Of a stretch of 54,403 nucleotides of DNA, positions 1 through 8,646 are shown one piece after another. Where the stretch lies: assembly GCA_039929105.1 (NCBI GenBank), contig JBDSRX010000016.1:1-54403 (forward strand), given 5' to 3'. Each line of letters opens with the position of its first letter. Position 1 is the first letter of the stretch. The position numbers were made by a program, and so were the translations under genes. The DNA comes from Candidatus Dojkabacteria bacterium. Lineage in GTDB: Bacteria > Patescibacteriota > Dojkabacteria > J137. The notes beneath the pieces were generated by a model. That model was not told where the DNA came from. It was given only the letters and a program-made list of their open reading frames with translations, and ran no database searches.

Positions 1-372
1 AAAAAATATCAAGAAAACCAAGAAAAGGAAATCATTGTTGGTAAAACTCTTTATGGAATACACAAAGACGATTTTGCAATTCTTATGAATGGTGAAAACC
101 TTAGATTCTATGGATCAAGAGGACAACAAAGACTTGGTGTTTTACTTTTCAAATTAAGTCAATCAGATCACTACTTTAGTATTAAAGAGATTAAACCAAT
201 ATTCTTAGTGGACGATCTTATGAGTGAGCTTGACGATCAAAATAGATTAGTTGCCTCAGATTTAGTTTCGGAAGCTCGAAATCAATTCATCTTAACTTCA
301 GCAGATGAAGATGAAGTTCCAGAAAAGTTAAGATCTGTTTCTAACTTAATTTCATTAAAAAGGCCTGAGTGA
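1..372 (+). CDS. recF: RecF DNA replication/repair protein, C-terminal fragment (5' part outside window)
   Basis: Frame open from nt 1; SMC-type signature GSRGQQR and Walker-B-like FLVDDLMSELD; TGA stop 370-372. Confidence 0.8.
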   Translation, partial: KKYQENQEKEIIVGKTLYGIHKDDFAILMNGENLRFYGSRGQQRLGVLLFKLSQSDHYFSIKEIKPIFLVDDLMSELDDQNRLVASDLVSEARNQFILTSADEDEVPEKLRSVSNLISLKRPE

Positions 373-454
373 GCAGTTTAGTCAGCAAATAGAAAAGCCT
401 ATGTTACAGGCTAATCAGAAAAGCACGAAATACGAATAAAGAAATCCAAAAAGA

Positions 455-487
455 ATCCCACTTAGAGTGGGATATGCTTTTAATTTT
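455..487. terminator. Bidirectional intrinsic terminator between convergent recF and zinc-ribbon gene
   Basis: 8-bp stem atcccact/agtgggat, 3-nt loop, A-rich 5' flank and T-rich 3' flank (tatgcttttaatttt). Confidence 0.55.
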
Positions 488-513
488 GTGAATCTCGATA
501 TTCGTGCATTTGA

Positions 514-885
514 TTATTCTTCTGTAAACAAAACATTAAAATCGTTAATATTTTTAACTTCTTTTAATGCAATTAAAGCATCTAAAATTTCATCATTTTC
601 TAATAGATCTGCAGTAGAATACTTTCTCATTTCAGAATTAGAAACATCTGTTTTTAATAATGCCTTTTTACCTGTTAAAACACCATCTGATGGAGAATTT
701 AGATACATTAAGTAACTATTTCCACAGTTGTGGCAATCTAATCTGCAAGAAATTCCAGTAGGATCTTGATTGATTATTTCAATATCTGATTTGTTATGTC
801 TCGCTCCACACTTATCACAGAAATTTGGAATTAAAGCGGTAAGTTGTTGAGTTAACTGAGAGTTATTTGGATTTTTAGGTGGCAT
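514..885 (-). CDS. Hypothetical zinc-ribbon protein
   Basis: 123-aa ORF with CDKCG...CHNCG (CxxC-N24-CxxC); preferred over the overlapping + ORF 467-715, which has no motifs. Confidence 0.5.
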   Translation of the reverse strand: MPPKNPNNSQLTQQLTALIPNFCDKCGARHNKSDIEIINQDPTGISCRLDCHNCGNSYLMYLNSPSDGVLTGKKALLKTDVSNSEMRKYSTADLLENDEILDALIALKEVKNINDFNVLFTEE

Positions 886-1067
886 CTTTTGAAATTTTTA
901 ATTTATAATTTGAAAACAATTCTCAATAATACAATTTAATAATGTTTTAAACATTTTTACATTATAAACTCTTCAATTATTTAAAAATTTAAAATTGTAA
1001 CTTAAAAATTATTCGTTCTAGCACTCTTATTATAAACCTGCTAACTGTAATTTGGCAAATATATTCA

Positions 1068-1448
1068 TCAGTTGGTCAGGCTTATGAACTCGAAATGGTC
1101 TATCTTATAACTATTTCCGGGATATTTTTGAATTGCTATAGAGTCTAATCTCCAAGGGCTTTGTTTCAAACTATTCTTAAGTAACCATTTATCTATAGTT
1201 TTCTTTAAGAACATTTTCTTCTTTTTGGAGATTGCATTGAAAACTGAGAACTCAGAAAGTGCATAAATACTTTTTACCTCAACAAAGACGATAAAATCCT
1301 CAAAAGACATGATCAAGTCAATTTCTCCACCCTTAACAGTAAAGTTACGCTCAACCAGCTCATAGCCCTTATTTTGAAGGTAATTTAATGCTAAATCTTC
1401 AGAAATTCTACCCTTAGCTCGTGTAGAGGCAGGGTTTGAAGAATTCAT
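1068..1448 (-). CDS. YraN family (UPF0102) endonuclease-like protein
   Basis: GRISEDLALNYL..GYELVERNF....GEIDLIM....VFVEVK pattern typical of YraN. Confidence 0.8.
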   Translation of the reverse strand: MNSSNPASTRAKGRISEDLALNYLQNKGYELVERNFTVKGGEIDLIMSFEDFIVFVEVKSIYALSEFSVFNAISKKKKMFLKKTIDKWLLKNSLKQSPWRLDSIAIQKYPGNSYKIDHFEFISLTN

Positions 1449-1460
1449 TGATAAAATGGA

Positions 1461-1850
1461 TTAACGCTTTGAGTATTGTTCTGCTCTTCTTGCCTTTCTT
1501 AATCCTGGTTTCTTTCTTTCAACCATTCTAGGATCTCTAGTGATTAAGTCAGCCATCTTTAATGCTTTCTTTTTATCTGGGAACATCTTAGCGATTGCTC
1601 TTGCGATAGCATGTTGAACAGCTTCTAATTGTGAGTACTTTCCACCTCCAACTACTTTCGCAGTGAATGAGTAAGTTTTGAAGTCTAAATCTGCAGCTTT
1701 AAAAGGAATTTCTAAAACCTTTTGATCTTCTGCATGAACATATAATTGGTCTACAGCTTTCTCGTTAATTTGATTAACTCCATTCTTCTTATACAATCTT
1801 AATGTTGCTGTTGATGTTTTTCTTCTTCCTATTGTGTAGATATATTCCAT
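1461..1850 (-). CDS. rpsI: 30S ribosomal protein S9
   Basis: GRRKTSTA...GGG.SGQ-like core and C-terminal RKARRAEQYSKR. Confidence 0.95.
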   Translation of the reverse strand: MEYIYTIGRRKTSTATLRLYKKNGVNQINEKAVDQLYVHAEDQKVLEIPFKAADLDFKTYSFTAKVVGGGKYSQLEAVQHAIARAIAKMFPDKKKALKMADLITRDPRMVERKKPGLRKARRAEQYSKR

Positions 1851-1851
1851 A

Positions 1852-2298
1852 TTATATTTTTAATTTCTTTAAATCTAAAACTACTGGTTTTTGAGCTTCG
1901 TGATTATGCTCTGTACCTGTATAAATTTTTAAGTTAGCCATCATTTTATCAGCTTGCTTAGTCTTTGGTAACATTCCTCTTACAGCGATCTCAATTGGTC
2001 TATCTGCATGAGCAATCATCATTTCATCTAAAGATCTAAATTTTAATCCACCAGCGAATCCTGAGTAACTCTTATAGAATTTAGTCATTCCTCTCTTTGG
2101 TGTGTAGTCAACCTTAGCTGCGTTAATTACTACAACGTGAGTCATTGGTTCATGATAATCTCTTACCATTCTATCCATCTTACCTTGTAGAACTTCTGCA
2201 ACTTTAGATGCAACTAATCCGATTCTTTTACCTTCTGCATCTACGATGTACCATTTCTCTTCTATTAAATTTTGTGATATTGAACTTATACTTTTCAT
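1852..2298 (-). CDS. rplM: 50S ribosomal protein L13
   Basis: KWYIVDAEGKRIGLVASKVAEVLQGK N-terminus; directly upstream of rpsI as in the conserved L13-S9 operon. Confidence 0.95.
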   Translation of the reverse strand: MKSISSISQNLIEEKWYIVDAEGKRIGLVASKVAEVLQGKMDRMVRDYHEPMTHVVVINAAKVDYTPKRGMTKFYKSYSGFAGGLKFRSLDEMMIAHADRPIEIAVRGMLPKTKQADKMMANLKIYTGTEHNHEAQKPVVLDLKKLKI

Positions 2299-2327
2299 AT
2301 TATTTTATTAATTACTTTTATTATTTA

Positions 2328-2350
2328 GATCCTTCGATGTGCTCAGGATA
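2328..2350. repeat. Short GC-rich hairpin element (GIY-YIG-arm family), rplQ-rplM intercistronic
   Basis: gatccttcgatgtgctcaggata; stem atcct/aggat; about 20 of 26 positions shared with the 53499-53525 inverted-repeat arm. Confidence 0.6.
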
Positions 2351-2373
2351 ACAAAAATCTGAATTCGCTATGC

Positions 2374-2859
2374 TCATTTAGATTTTTTAGTTACTTTAGA
2401 TACTGCTTTCTTTACTCTTCCTGCTACAGATTTTGCATCTTCCTTCTTCTTTCTCTTCTCTAATAATTTCTCTGTTTCTGATTTCTTAGTTTTTTCTCCA
2501 AAGTTTACAAGCATAATATAAGCTTGTTCTGCATTATCTCCTTTTCTAGGTAAAGTCTTAATAACTCTAGTATATCCAGAATTTCTGTCTTGGCATTTTG
2601 TTTCTACAACACTGTAGAATCTAGTCATAGCTCTTTCGTTTGAGTTAAAGAAACTTTGAATAACGTGCTTTCCTCCAACTGTTCCCTTCTTAGCATGCGT
2701 TACTAATCTATCAAAGTAAGACTTTACAATCTTAGCTTTTGTAGGTGTTGTTTTAATTTTCTCTGCAATAACTAAATCTAATACAAGAGATCTAACTAAA
2801 GCATCTCTGTGAGACTGAGTTTTACCTTGCATTCTATGTTTTTTAATTCCCTTGTTCAT
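2374..2859 (-). CDS. rplQ: 50S ribosomal protein L17 with Lys-rich C-terminal extension
   Basis: HRMQGKTQSHRDALVRSL...SGYTRVIK core; position after rpoA. Confidence 0.9.
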   Translation of the reverse strand: MNKGIKKHRMQGKTQSHRDALVRSLVLDLVIAEKIKTTPTKAKIVKSYFDRLVTHAKKGTVGGKHVIQSFFNSNERAMTRFYSVVETKCQDRNSGYTRVIKTLPRKGDNAEQAYIMLVNFGEKTKKSETEKLLEKRKKKEDAKSVAGRVKKAVSKVTKKSK

Positions 2860-2863
2860 GGTT

Positions 2864-3832
2864 TTACACTAATTTAATAGAGTATTTCTTCAATACTTCA
2901 AGTAATTCTAAGTAACTCTTGCTTCCCATTCCTCTAATGCTTGCAACTTCTTCCTCTGTTAATCCTTCTAGAGTTCTTAAGTTTTCATAATTAGATTTTA
3001 GTAAAGCGTTTGTTAATCTAGTTGATAAGTTTAGGTCTGCAACTTTAATAGGTGCTTCTTTTACAACAACCTTAGCTTGTTCTTCTTGTTCCTTTTGCAT
3101 TGCGTTTACAGCAATTGTTACTTCCTTTCCAGAAAGCATTTGCTCTGTTTGAGTAATCAAGTGATTTGTCATTTGAGCTAAGATATCAGAAGCTACATGT
3201 AATGCTTCAACTGATGTTACTGCTCCATTTGTTTCGATAGTTAAATCTAATTGGTCTAACTCTGTTTCTCTTCCAACTCTAGCTGGTGTAATTGCATAGT
3301 TTACTAATTTAACAGGAGAGAAATTAGCATCTAATGGAAGAACTCCTAGTTCTTTTCTCATGTCTTCGTTTGGAAGAGCATATCCAACGCCTCTTTCTAT
3401 TGTTAAAGTAGCTTTAAACTTAGCTTTTGCACTTGTTAGTCTTGTAATTACATATTCTGGGTTAACAACTTCGATATTTTGATTTTTCTCAATATCTCCT
3501 GCTGTAACTTCTACAACTTGTCCATTCTTTCCTGTTACATTAATTTCTACTGTGATTGGATCTAAAGATTTAGAAATAACAACAACATTCTTTAAAGAAA
3601 GAGCTACTGTTAAAACATCATCACTTAATCCATCCATAGATGAATATTCATGATCTACTCCTTCGATTTTAACTGCTGTAACAGCAGATCCTGGGATGCT
3701 AGATAATAAAGTTCTTCTTAAGAATGTACCTAAAGTACTTCCGTATCCTTGTGGCAAAGGTCCAATTTGAAATGTATCTGAATTAGATGCACTTTGTACC
3801 TTTTTTATGTTGAACTGTTTAAGAGAAATCAT
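2864..3832 (-). CDS. rpoA: DNA-directed RNA polymerase alpha subunit
   Basis: IGPLPQGYGSTLGTFLRRTLLSSIPG N-terminal domain; C-terminal HhH-like LSTRLTNALLKSNYENL. Start set at ATG 3832; the track ORF starts at TTG 3877, which overlaps rpsD by 20 nt. Confidence 0.9.
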   Translation of the reverse strand: MISLKQFNIKKVQSASNSDTFQIGPLPQGYGSTLGTFLRRTLLSSIPGSAVTAVKIEGVDHEYSSMDGLSDDVLTVALSLKNVVVISKSLDPITVEINVTGKNGQVVEVTAGDIEKNQNIEVVNPEYVITRLTSAKAKFKATLTIERGVGYALPNEDMRKELGVLPLDANFSPVKLVNYAITPARVGRETELDQLDLTIETNGAVTSVEALHVASDILAQMTNHLITQTEQMLSGKEVTIAVNAMQKEQEEQAKVVVKEAPIKVADLNLSTRLTNALLKSNYENLRTLEGLTEEEVASIRGMGSKSYLELLEVLKKYSIKLV

Positions 3833-3857
3833 AAGATTCTGGTTATAAGATTTAGTT

Positions 3858-4454
3858 TTATCTAGAATATAGTTCAATAATTAATCTTTCCTTTATTGTC
3901 TTGTCCATATCATCTCTAACAGGAACATTTTTAACTTTTCCGCCCTTCTCTAGTTTTGTTAACCAAGCTGGAACTACGGCTGCTTTATTCTTCTCTGAAA
4001 TTTCTTTCATGTAAGTTGAATCAGCTATTTCTTTAAATTTAATTTCATCTCCAACTTTTACAATTGTAGATGGAATATTATGTTTCTTTCCGTTAACAGT
4101 AATATGTCCGTGAGTTACAAATTGTCTTGCCATTCTTCTTGTAGTTGCAAATCCTAATCTATAAACAACATTGTCCATTCTCATTTCTAATAACTGCACA
4201 AGTCCTAATGCTGTGTTTCCTGGTGACTTTAATGCTAATTTATAGAATCTAACAAATTGAGACTCGTTCATTCCGAACATTCTCTTTACTTTTTGTTTCT
4301 CTCTAAATTGAATAGCATAGTCAGAAGGTCTCTTTTTTAGCACTGGGAATTGACCAGGTAAAGACGTTCTTCTTTTCCATTTATCAGAAGATCCAAGAAC
4401 TGTTTCTCCTTCTCTTCTATTGATTCTCCATTTTGGTCCTATATATCTTGACAT
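3858..4454 (-). CDS. rpsD: 30S ribosomal protein S4
   Basis: MSRYIGPKWRINRREG N-terminus and S4 RNA-binding domain (RMDNVVYRLGFATTRRMARQFVTHGHI). Confidence 0.95.
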   Translation of the reverse strand: MSRYIGPKWRINRREGETVLGSSDKWKRRTSLPGQFPVLKKRPSDYAIQFREKQKVKRMFGMNESQFVRFYKLALKSPGNTALGLVQLLEMRMDNVVYRLGFATTRRMARQFVTHGHITVNGKKHNIPSTIVKVGDEIKFKEIADSTYMKEISEKNKAAVVPAWLTKLEKGGKVKNVPVRDDMDKTIKERLIIELYSR

Positions 4455-4476
4455 ATTATTATTCTAATTTAATAAG

Positions 4477-4506
4477 TTCCCTCGATCCGATAACGGACAT
4501 GGGATG
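4477..4506. repeat. Short GC-rich hairpin element (same family), rpsK-rpsD intercistronic
   Basis: ttccctcgatccgataacggacatgggatg; outer tccc/ggga pairing plus inner tccg-ttat-cgga hairpin on the mRNA strand. Confidence 0.5.
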
Positions 4507-4510
4507 TTAA

Positions 4511-4927
4511 TTATTTCTTTGGTTTCTTTCTAGACTTTGTTCCTCCGTGTGGTACTGGAGTCTTGTCTATAAGAGATGTAATTCTTAATCCTGCTGCTCT
4601 TACTCCTTTTACTGCTGCTTGTCTTCCTATTCCTACTCCATCAACAATCACTTCAGATTCTCTTGCACCTACTTGCATAGCTTTTAATGCTGCGTCTTCT
4701 CCTGCTTTTGTTGCTGCGTATGCTGTACTCTTTTTACTACCTTTAAATCCAACTAACCCACAGCTTGAATATGAAATCACATTTCCAGCGTAGTCAGTTA
4801 CACTAATAATTGTATTGTTATACGTTGAGTTTACTCTTACTAAAACCTTTGGTACTGAAATCTTAGCTTTTTTCTTTTTAACAACTTTCTCTACTTTTTT
4901 CTTCTCAGCTACTACTTTCTTAGCCAT
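4511..4927 (-). CDS. rpsK: 30S ribosomal protein S11 with Lys-rich N-terminal extension
   Basis: NNTIISVTDYAGNVISYSSCG...GSKKSTAYAA core. Confidence 0.95.
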   Translation of the reverse strand: MAKKVVAEKKKVEKVVKKKKAKISVPKVLVRVNSTYNNTIISVTDYAGNVISYSSCGLVGFKGSKKSTAYAATKAGEDAALKAMQVGARESEVIVDGVGIGRQAAVKGVRAAGLRITSLIDKTPVPHGGTKSRKKPKK

Positions 4928-4953
4928 TATTTTATATTAATATATTTATAAGA

Positions 4954-5334
4954 TTATTTTGCTACTTTGACTGCTAAACCTCCAACAGGTCTTGCTTTAC
5001 CTTTTCTTGTTCTTGTATTACTCTTAGTGTTTTGACCTCTAACTGGTAATCCAGCCTTATGTCTTAAACCTCTATAAGCTCTAATATCTTTTAATCTTTT
5101 GATTGCTTGGAAAACAACTTGTTTTACTTGTCCTTCTGTAGGAACTCCTGTTTCAATGTAAGCGTAAATCTTCTTAATTTCGTCATCTGTTAAATCTTTA
5201 ACTCTTTTATCAGGGCTAACTTTAGTAGCAGTTAAAATCTTTCTTGAAGTAGATAATCCGATACCGTAAATATAGGTTAATCCTATTTCTACTCTTTTCT
5301 CGTTTGGAACTTCAATTCCTGCAATTCTAGCCAC
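4954..5334 (-). CDS. rpsM: 30S ribosomal protein S13 (GTG start)
   Basis: MARIAGIEVPNEKRVEIGLTYIYGIG N-terminus. Confidence 0.95.
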   Translation of the reverse strand: MARIAGIEVPNEKRVEIGLTYIYGIGLSTSRKILTATKVSPDKRVKDLTDDEIKKIYAYIETGVPTEGQVKQVVFQAIKRLKDIRAYRGLRHKAGLPVRGQNTKSNTRTRKGKARPVGGLAVKVAK

Positions 5335-5364
5335 AATAAAATAATTAAAAATTAATTAGAAAAA

Positions 5365-5517
5365 TTATCCTTGTCTTTGTTTATGTTTAGGGTTTACTTT
5401 GCAGTAAACATAGTAAGTAGGTTTCATTGAAACCTTACCGTTACCGATAACCTTTTTGTTTCTTCTTACGATGTAACAATATCTACATCTCTTTTTTATA
5501 CTTGATTTTACTTTCAT
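5365..5517 (-). CDS. rpmJ: 50S ribosomal protein L36, 50 aa (absent from ORF track because <60 aa)
   Basis: Hand translation: [50 protein letters not shown]; canonical L36 ends; position between infA and rpsM. Confidence 0.85.
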   Translation of the reverse strand: MKVKSSIKKRCRYCYIVRRNKKVIGNGKVSMKPTYYVYCKVNPKHKQRQG

Positions 5518-5578
5518 AGTTTAAAATTCAAATTAGCAAATGCATTTATAACAAATTTCAGGCCGAATGTAAATACCT

Positions 5579-5869
5579 TTAAGCAATTACGGGCACTTTT
5601 CTATCGGTCAAACGGAAAGTAATTATTCCGCTATCTATATCGTATAAGGATATCTTGATTCTCACCTTATCACCTTTCTTAATTTCTATAAACCTGTTCC
5701 TCATTTTACCTGAAACATAGCAAATAACGCTGTGTTTAAGACCTTGGAAATCTACATCAACTCTGTATCTCATTTCTGGAAAAACTTCTGACACTACTCC
5801 TTCAAGGGTAATCTTGTCGTCTTCTTTCTCCTTCTTTTCTTTTTTGGTTTCTTTCTTATTATTTTTCAA
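5579..5869 (-). CDS. infA: Translation initiation factor IF-1 with Lys/Glu-rich N-terminal extension
   Basis: S1-like core LEGVVSEVFPEMRYRV...VSGKMRNRFIEIKKGDKVRIKISLYD. Confidence 0.9.
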   Translation of the reverse strand: MKNNKKETKKEKKEKEDDKITLEGVVSEVFPEMRYRVDVDFQGLKHSVICYVSGKMRNRFIEIKKGDKVRIKISLYDIDSGIITFRLTDRKVPVIA

Positions 5870-5919
5870 AAAGTTTGTGAATTCTACTAAATTAAACGGA
5901 ATATATCAATATGTATTGG

Positions 5920-6684
5920 TTATATTTCGTGATTTCTTTTTTTATCTCCACTTAATTTTAATCCAGTTAGAATTAAAACTGCGGCAACTATTATTGTAGC
6001 AGCAGATCCAATGTCATCAGTTACACCAGTAACTGGGATAGTGGTACCAACTGTTGTTCCTCCAGTTGTAGTTGTTTGTGAGATTGGTGGTGGGGTTGCA
6101 CCTGTAGTAGTTGTAGTTGCTGAACCTGTAGCAGCTTGAACTGTAACTGATAATTGATTAGGGGTAAATGATACTCCAACTCCACTCTGTCTTATTAATC
6201 TACTTCCACTAGCGTCTTGTATTATTTTAATAGTTGGACTGCCAGCTGCTTGTGCTTGAAACTGAATTTCTGCAACATCTCTATTAACAGCAAAAGGATT
6301 TCCACTATCTGTTTTTGCGATTAAAGTTATTCTACCATTTTGTGAAACAGTATTGTCTATTTCTGCATTCTCAACTGTAAATATTGTGTCTAGTAGTTTT
6401 ACTTGAGTTCCCGCAGTAGTTGGATCTTGGTCCACTACTTGTAATTTAGTAGCGTCGAAATCTATTATTATTCTATATTCGTTAATAGTTACTGTGTTTG
6501 TTTTAATTTCTACAGTTACTTTAAATTTATCTCCTACATTTACAGATGTTTTATCTGAACGCATAAGCATACTAGATGTAAGTGTACTTCCACCTCCAGT
6601 ATCAATGGTTCCAAACGTCGGTTGAGCCGTCGCATCTATTGTTTGCGCTTTTACTATTGGAAATAAATTTATCAAATTGGACAC
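5920..6684 (-). CDS. Cohesin-domain-like cell-surface protein with Thr-rich linker and C-terminal anchor (N-terminus uncertain, see findings)
   Basis: VNVGDKFKVTVEIK...YRIIIDFDATKLQVVD...AEIQFQAQAAGSPTIKI beta-sandwich pattern; T-rich linker; IPVTG + hydrophobic helix + KLSGDKKRNHEI tail; GTG start as in the track. Confidence 0.55.
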   Translation of the reverse strand: MSNLINLFPIVKAQTIDATAQPTFGTIDTGGGSTLTSSMLMRSDKTSVNVGDKFKVTVEIKTNTVTINEYRIIIDFDATKLQVVDQDPTTAGTQVKLLDTIFTVENAEIDNTVSQNGRITLIAKTDSGNPFAVNRDVAEIQFQAQAAGSPTIKIIQDASGSRLIRQSGVGVSFTPNQLSVTVQAATGSATTTTTGATPPPISQTTTTGGTTVGTTIPVTGVTDDIGSAATIIVAAVLILTGLKLSGDKKRNHEI

Positions 6685-6787
6685 AAAAAACGAACTTAAA
6701 GGTAAGCTTGAACTTATTATACATTTTTTATAAAACTGGGTGGGTATTTTGGTTATAATTTGATTGATAATTCTTATTAATAAATAA

Positions 6788-7582
6788 ATGCCAAAAGTTT
6801 CTGTAGTAATTGTTACATGGAATAATGAGAGAGATATCGAGGAATGTCTTGATAGCTTAAAGAATCAAACCTTTAAAGATTTTAATGTAGTGGTTGTAGA
6901 TAATAATTCTAAAGACGGGACGAAGAAAATAGTTAGAGAAAAGTATTCTGATTTTGCTCATCTTCTAGAATTGCCAAAGAATATATATTTAACTGGAGGA
7001 AATAATCATGGAATTCAATTTGCGATTGCAAACTTTAATCCAGAATTTATTCTTGTATTAAATCCAGACACAAAGTGTGATGAAAATCTAATTCAAGAAC
7101 TTCTTAAACCAATGTTTAATTCTATTGTTGGAGCAGTTGGACCGAAAGTAAGATTTTATAAAAATAAAAATGATGGATTAATAAATTCAGCAGGAATTTT
7201 ATACGATGGATTTAGACAAGCATATGATGTTGGATTTTTAGAAAAAGATGAAGGACAATTTGATGAACAAAAAGAAGTTTTTGGCGTTACTGGAGCATGC
7301 ATTCTTTATAGAACAAAAATGCTTCAAGATATTGGATATTATTGGGAAAAAATAAAATTGTATCTAGATGAAGTAGAAATGTTTATACGTGCACAAAAGA
7401 AAGGATGGAAAGTTGTTTATCAACCAACCACTGTATTGCACCATAAGTACATGCAATCCACAGACAAGCTAAAAACTAAAAGAATTGAAAAAGTAAAAAG
7501 AGATGCATGGTTATGGATTTCTTTACGACATTACTCTCTTAGATCTAAAATAGCGATGGCTAAATGGTGGATGGGAAAATAA
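6788..7582 (+). CDS. Family 2 glycosyltransferase
   Basis: VSVVIVTWNNERDIEECLDSLKNQTF.DFNVVVVDNNSKDGT GT-A N-terminus. Confidence 0.8.
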   Translation: MPKVSVVIVTWNNERDIEECLDSLKNQTFKDFNVVVVDNNSKDGTKKIVREKYSDFAHLLELPKNIYLTGGNNHGIQFAIANFNPEFILVLNPDTKCDENLIQELLKPMFNSIVGAVGPKVRFYKNKNDGLINSAGILYDGFRQAYDVGFLEKDEGQFDEQKEVFGVTGACILYRTKMLQDIGYYWEKIKLYLDEVEMFIRAQKKGWKVVYQPTTVLHHKYMQSTDKLKTKRIEKVKRDAWLWISLRHYSLRSKIAMAKWWMGK

Positions 7583-7583
7583 T

Positions 7584-8528
7584 ATGGATACAGCAATAAT
7601 AATAGTAAATTACAAAACTCCTTGGCATTTAAATAAATGTCTAGAAAGTGTTTTTAAATATACAAAAGATTTTCATATCTTCTTAATCCTTAACTCCAAA
7701 GATCCAGAATCATTAAAAGTCAGCCTTAAGTTCAAACATAAATATCCAGACCAAATTACAGTTATTCAAAATGAAACGAATTTAGGTTTTGTAGGTGGAG
7801 TAAATTCAGCATATTCTGATGCTATTAAATATGAACGTGTCTGTTTATTAAATAGCGATACTATCGTCACAAAAACCTGGTTAGTTGAATTAAATAAAGA
7901 ATTGGATAATTCAGATATTGTTCAGGTTTCTCCAGATTCAAATGCATATTATAACGATAAAAGTATTTGGAGATTTATGAAATTACTTCCATCATTTATA
8001 AGCAAATATTCATATTTACAACTAAGTTCTGAATCTCTACCAGATTCAAAATATGACGATCATTTTAAAGAGAAAAAATTTTACGAATACGATAAGTTTT
8101 ATAAATTCTGTGCAGGTTTTTGTAATGTATTTAAAACAGAGTATTTTAAAGATTTAGGATATTTCTGCGATCCAAATATTGTTCATGGTTACTGGGATGA
8201 TTTCGATTTAAGTATGTATTTAAAGCAGTTTGGAAAAATTGGATGGACTAATAAATCATTCGTATTTCATTACGTAAATGTCAGTTACAACAAAATCTCT
8301 GAGGAGAAAAAAGGAATGAAAGAAAGACTTCACTTACTCAATGGCTTATATGTAATGAATAAGTGGATTGGAAATATTAAAGATCATCTAGATGAGGCAA
8401 GGGCTGATTCTTACGTTTCACAAATGGCTTTAAAGTATTTGAAAATGTTAGAAACTAAAGAAGTTACACAAGAATATATCCAATCAATTCCTGCAAAAGA
8501 AATAGGTGAAGTATTTTTGAATAATTAG
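7584..8528 (+). CDS. Family 2 glycosyltransferase (divergent)
   Basis: AIIIVNYKTPWHLNKCLESV...GFVGGVNSAY...LLNSDT; 1-nt gap to the previous gene. Confidence 0.65.
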   Translation: MDTAIIIVNYKTPWHLNKCLESVFKYTKDFHIFLILNSKDPESLKVSLKFKHKYPDQITVIQNETNLGFVGGVNSAYSDAIKYERVCLLNSDTIVTKTWLVELNKELDNSDIVQVSPDSNAYYNDKSIWRFMKLLPSFISKYSYLQLSSESLPDSKYDDHFKEKKFYEYDKFYKFCAGFCNVFKTEYFKDLGYFCDPNIVHGYWDDFDLSMYLKQFGKIGWTNKSFVFHYVNVSYNKISEEKKGMKERLHLLNGLYVMNKWIGNIKDHLDEARADSYVSQMALKYLKMLETKEVTQEYIQSIPAKEIGEVFLNN

Positions 8529-8646
8529 TACTTAATCTTTATAGTAAATACACACAGTCATATTAGAATGTTTATTAGATTTTTCCTTTTTAAAAGGTTA
8601 AAATTCAAGTTGGTTAAATAATTGACCTATTAATAAATTTATTAAA

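Noticed and set aside
467-715. Plus-strand 82-aa ORF overlapping the zinc-ribbon gene
   Set aside because: It starts inside the terminator hairpin and has no motifs. The minus-strand ORF has a CxxC...CxxC ribbon and a terminator at its 3' end.
3833-3877. TTG-initiated 15-codon N-terminal extension of rpoA overlapping rpsD
   Set aside because: An ATG at 3832 gives a normal RpoA N-terminus and a 25-nt gap after rpsD. The extension adds non-conserved residues.
8622-8646. TTGACC box upstream of the GT2 gene at 8647 as a promoter -35
   Set aside because: There is no acceptable -10 at 16-18 nt spacing. The only TA-rich hexamers are at the wrong distance.
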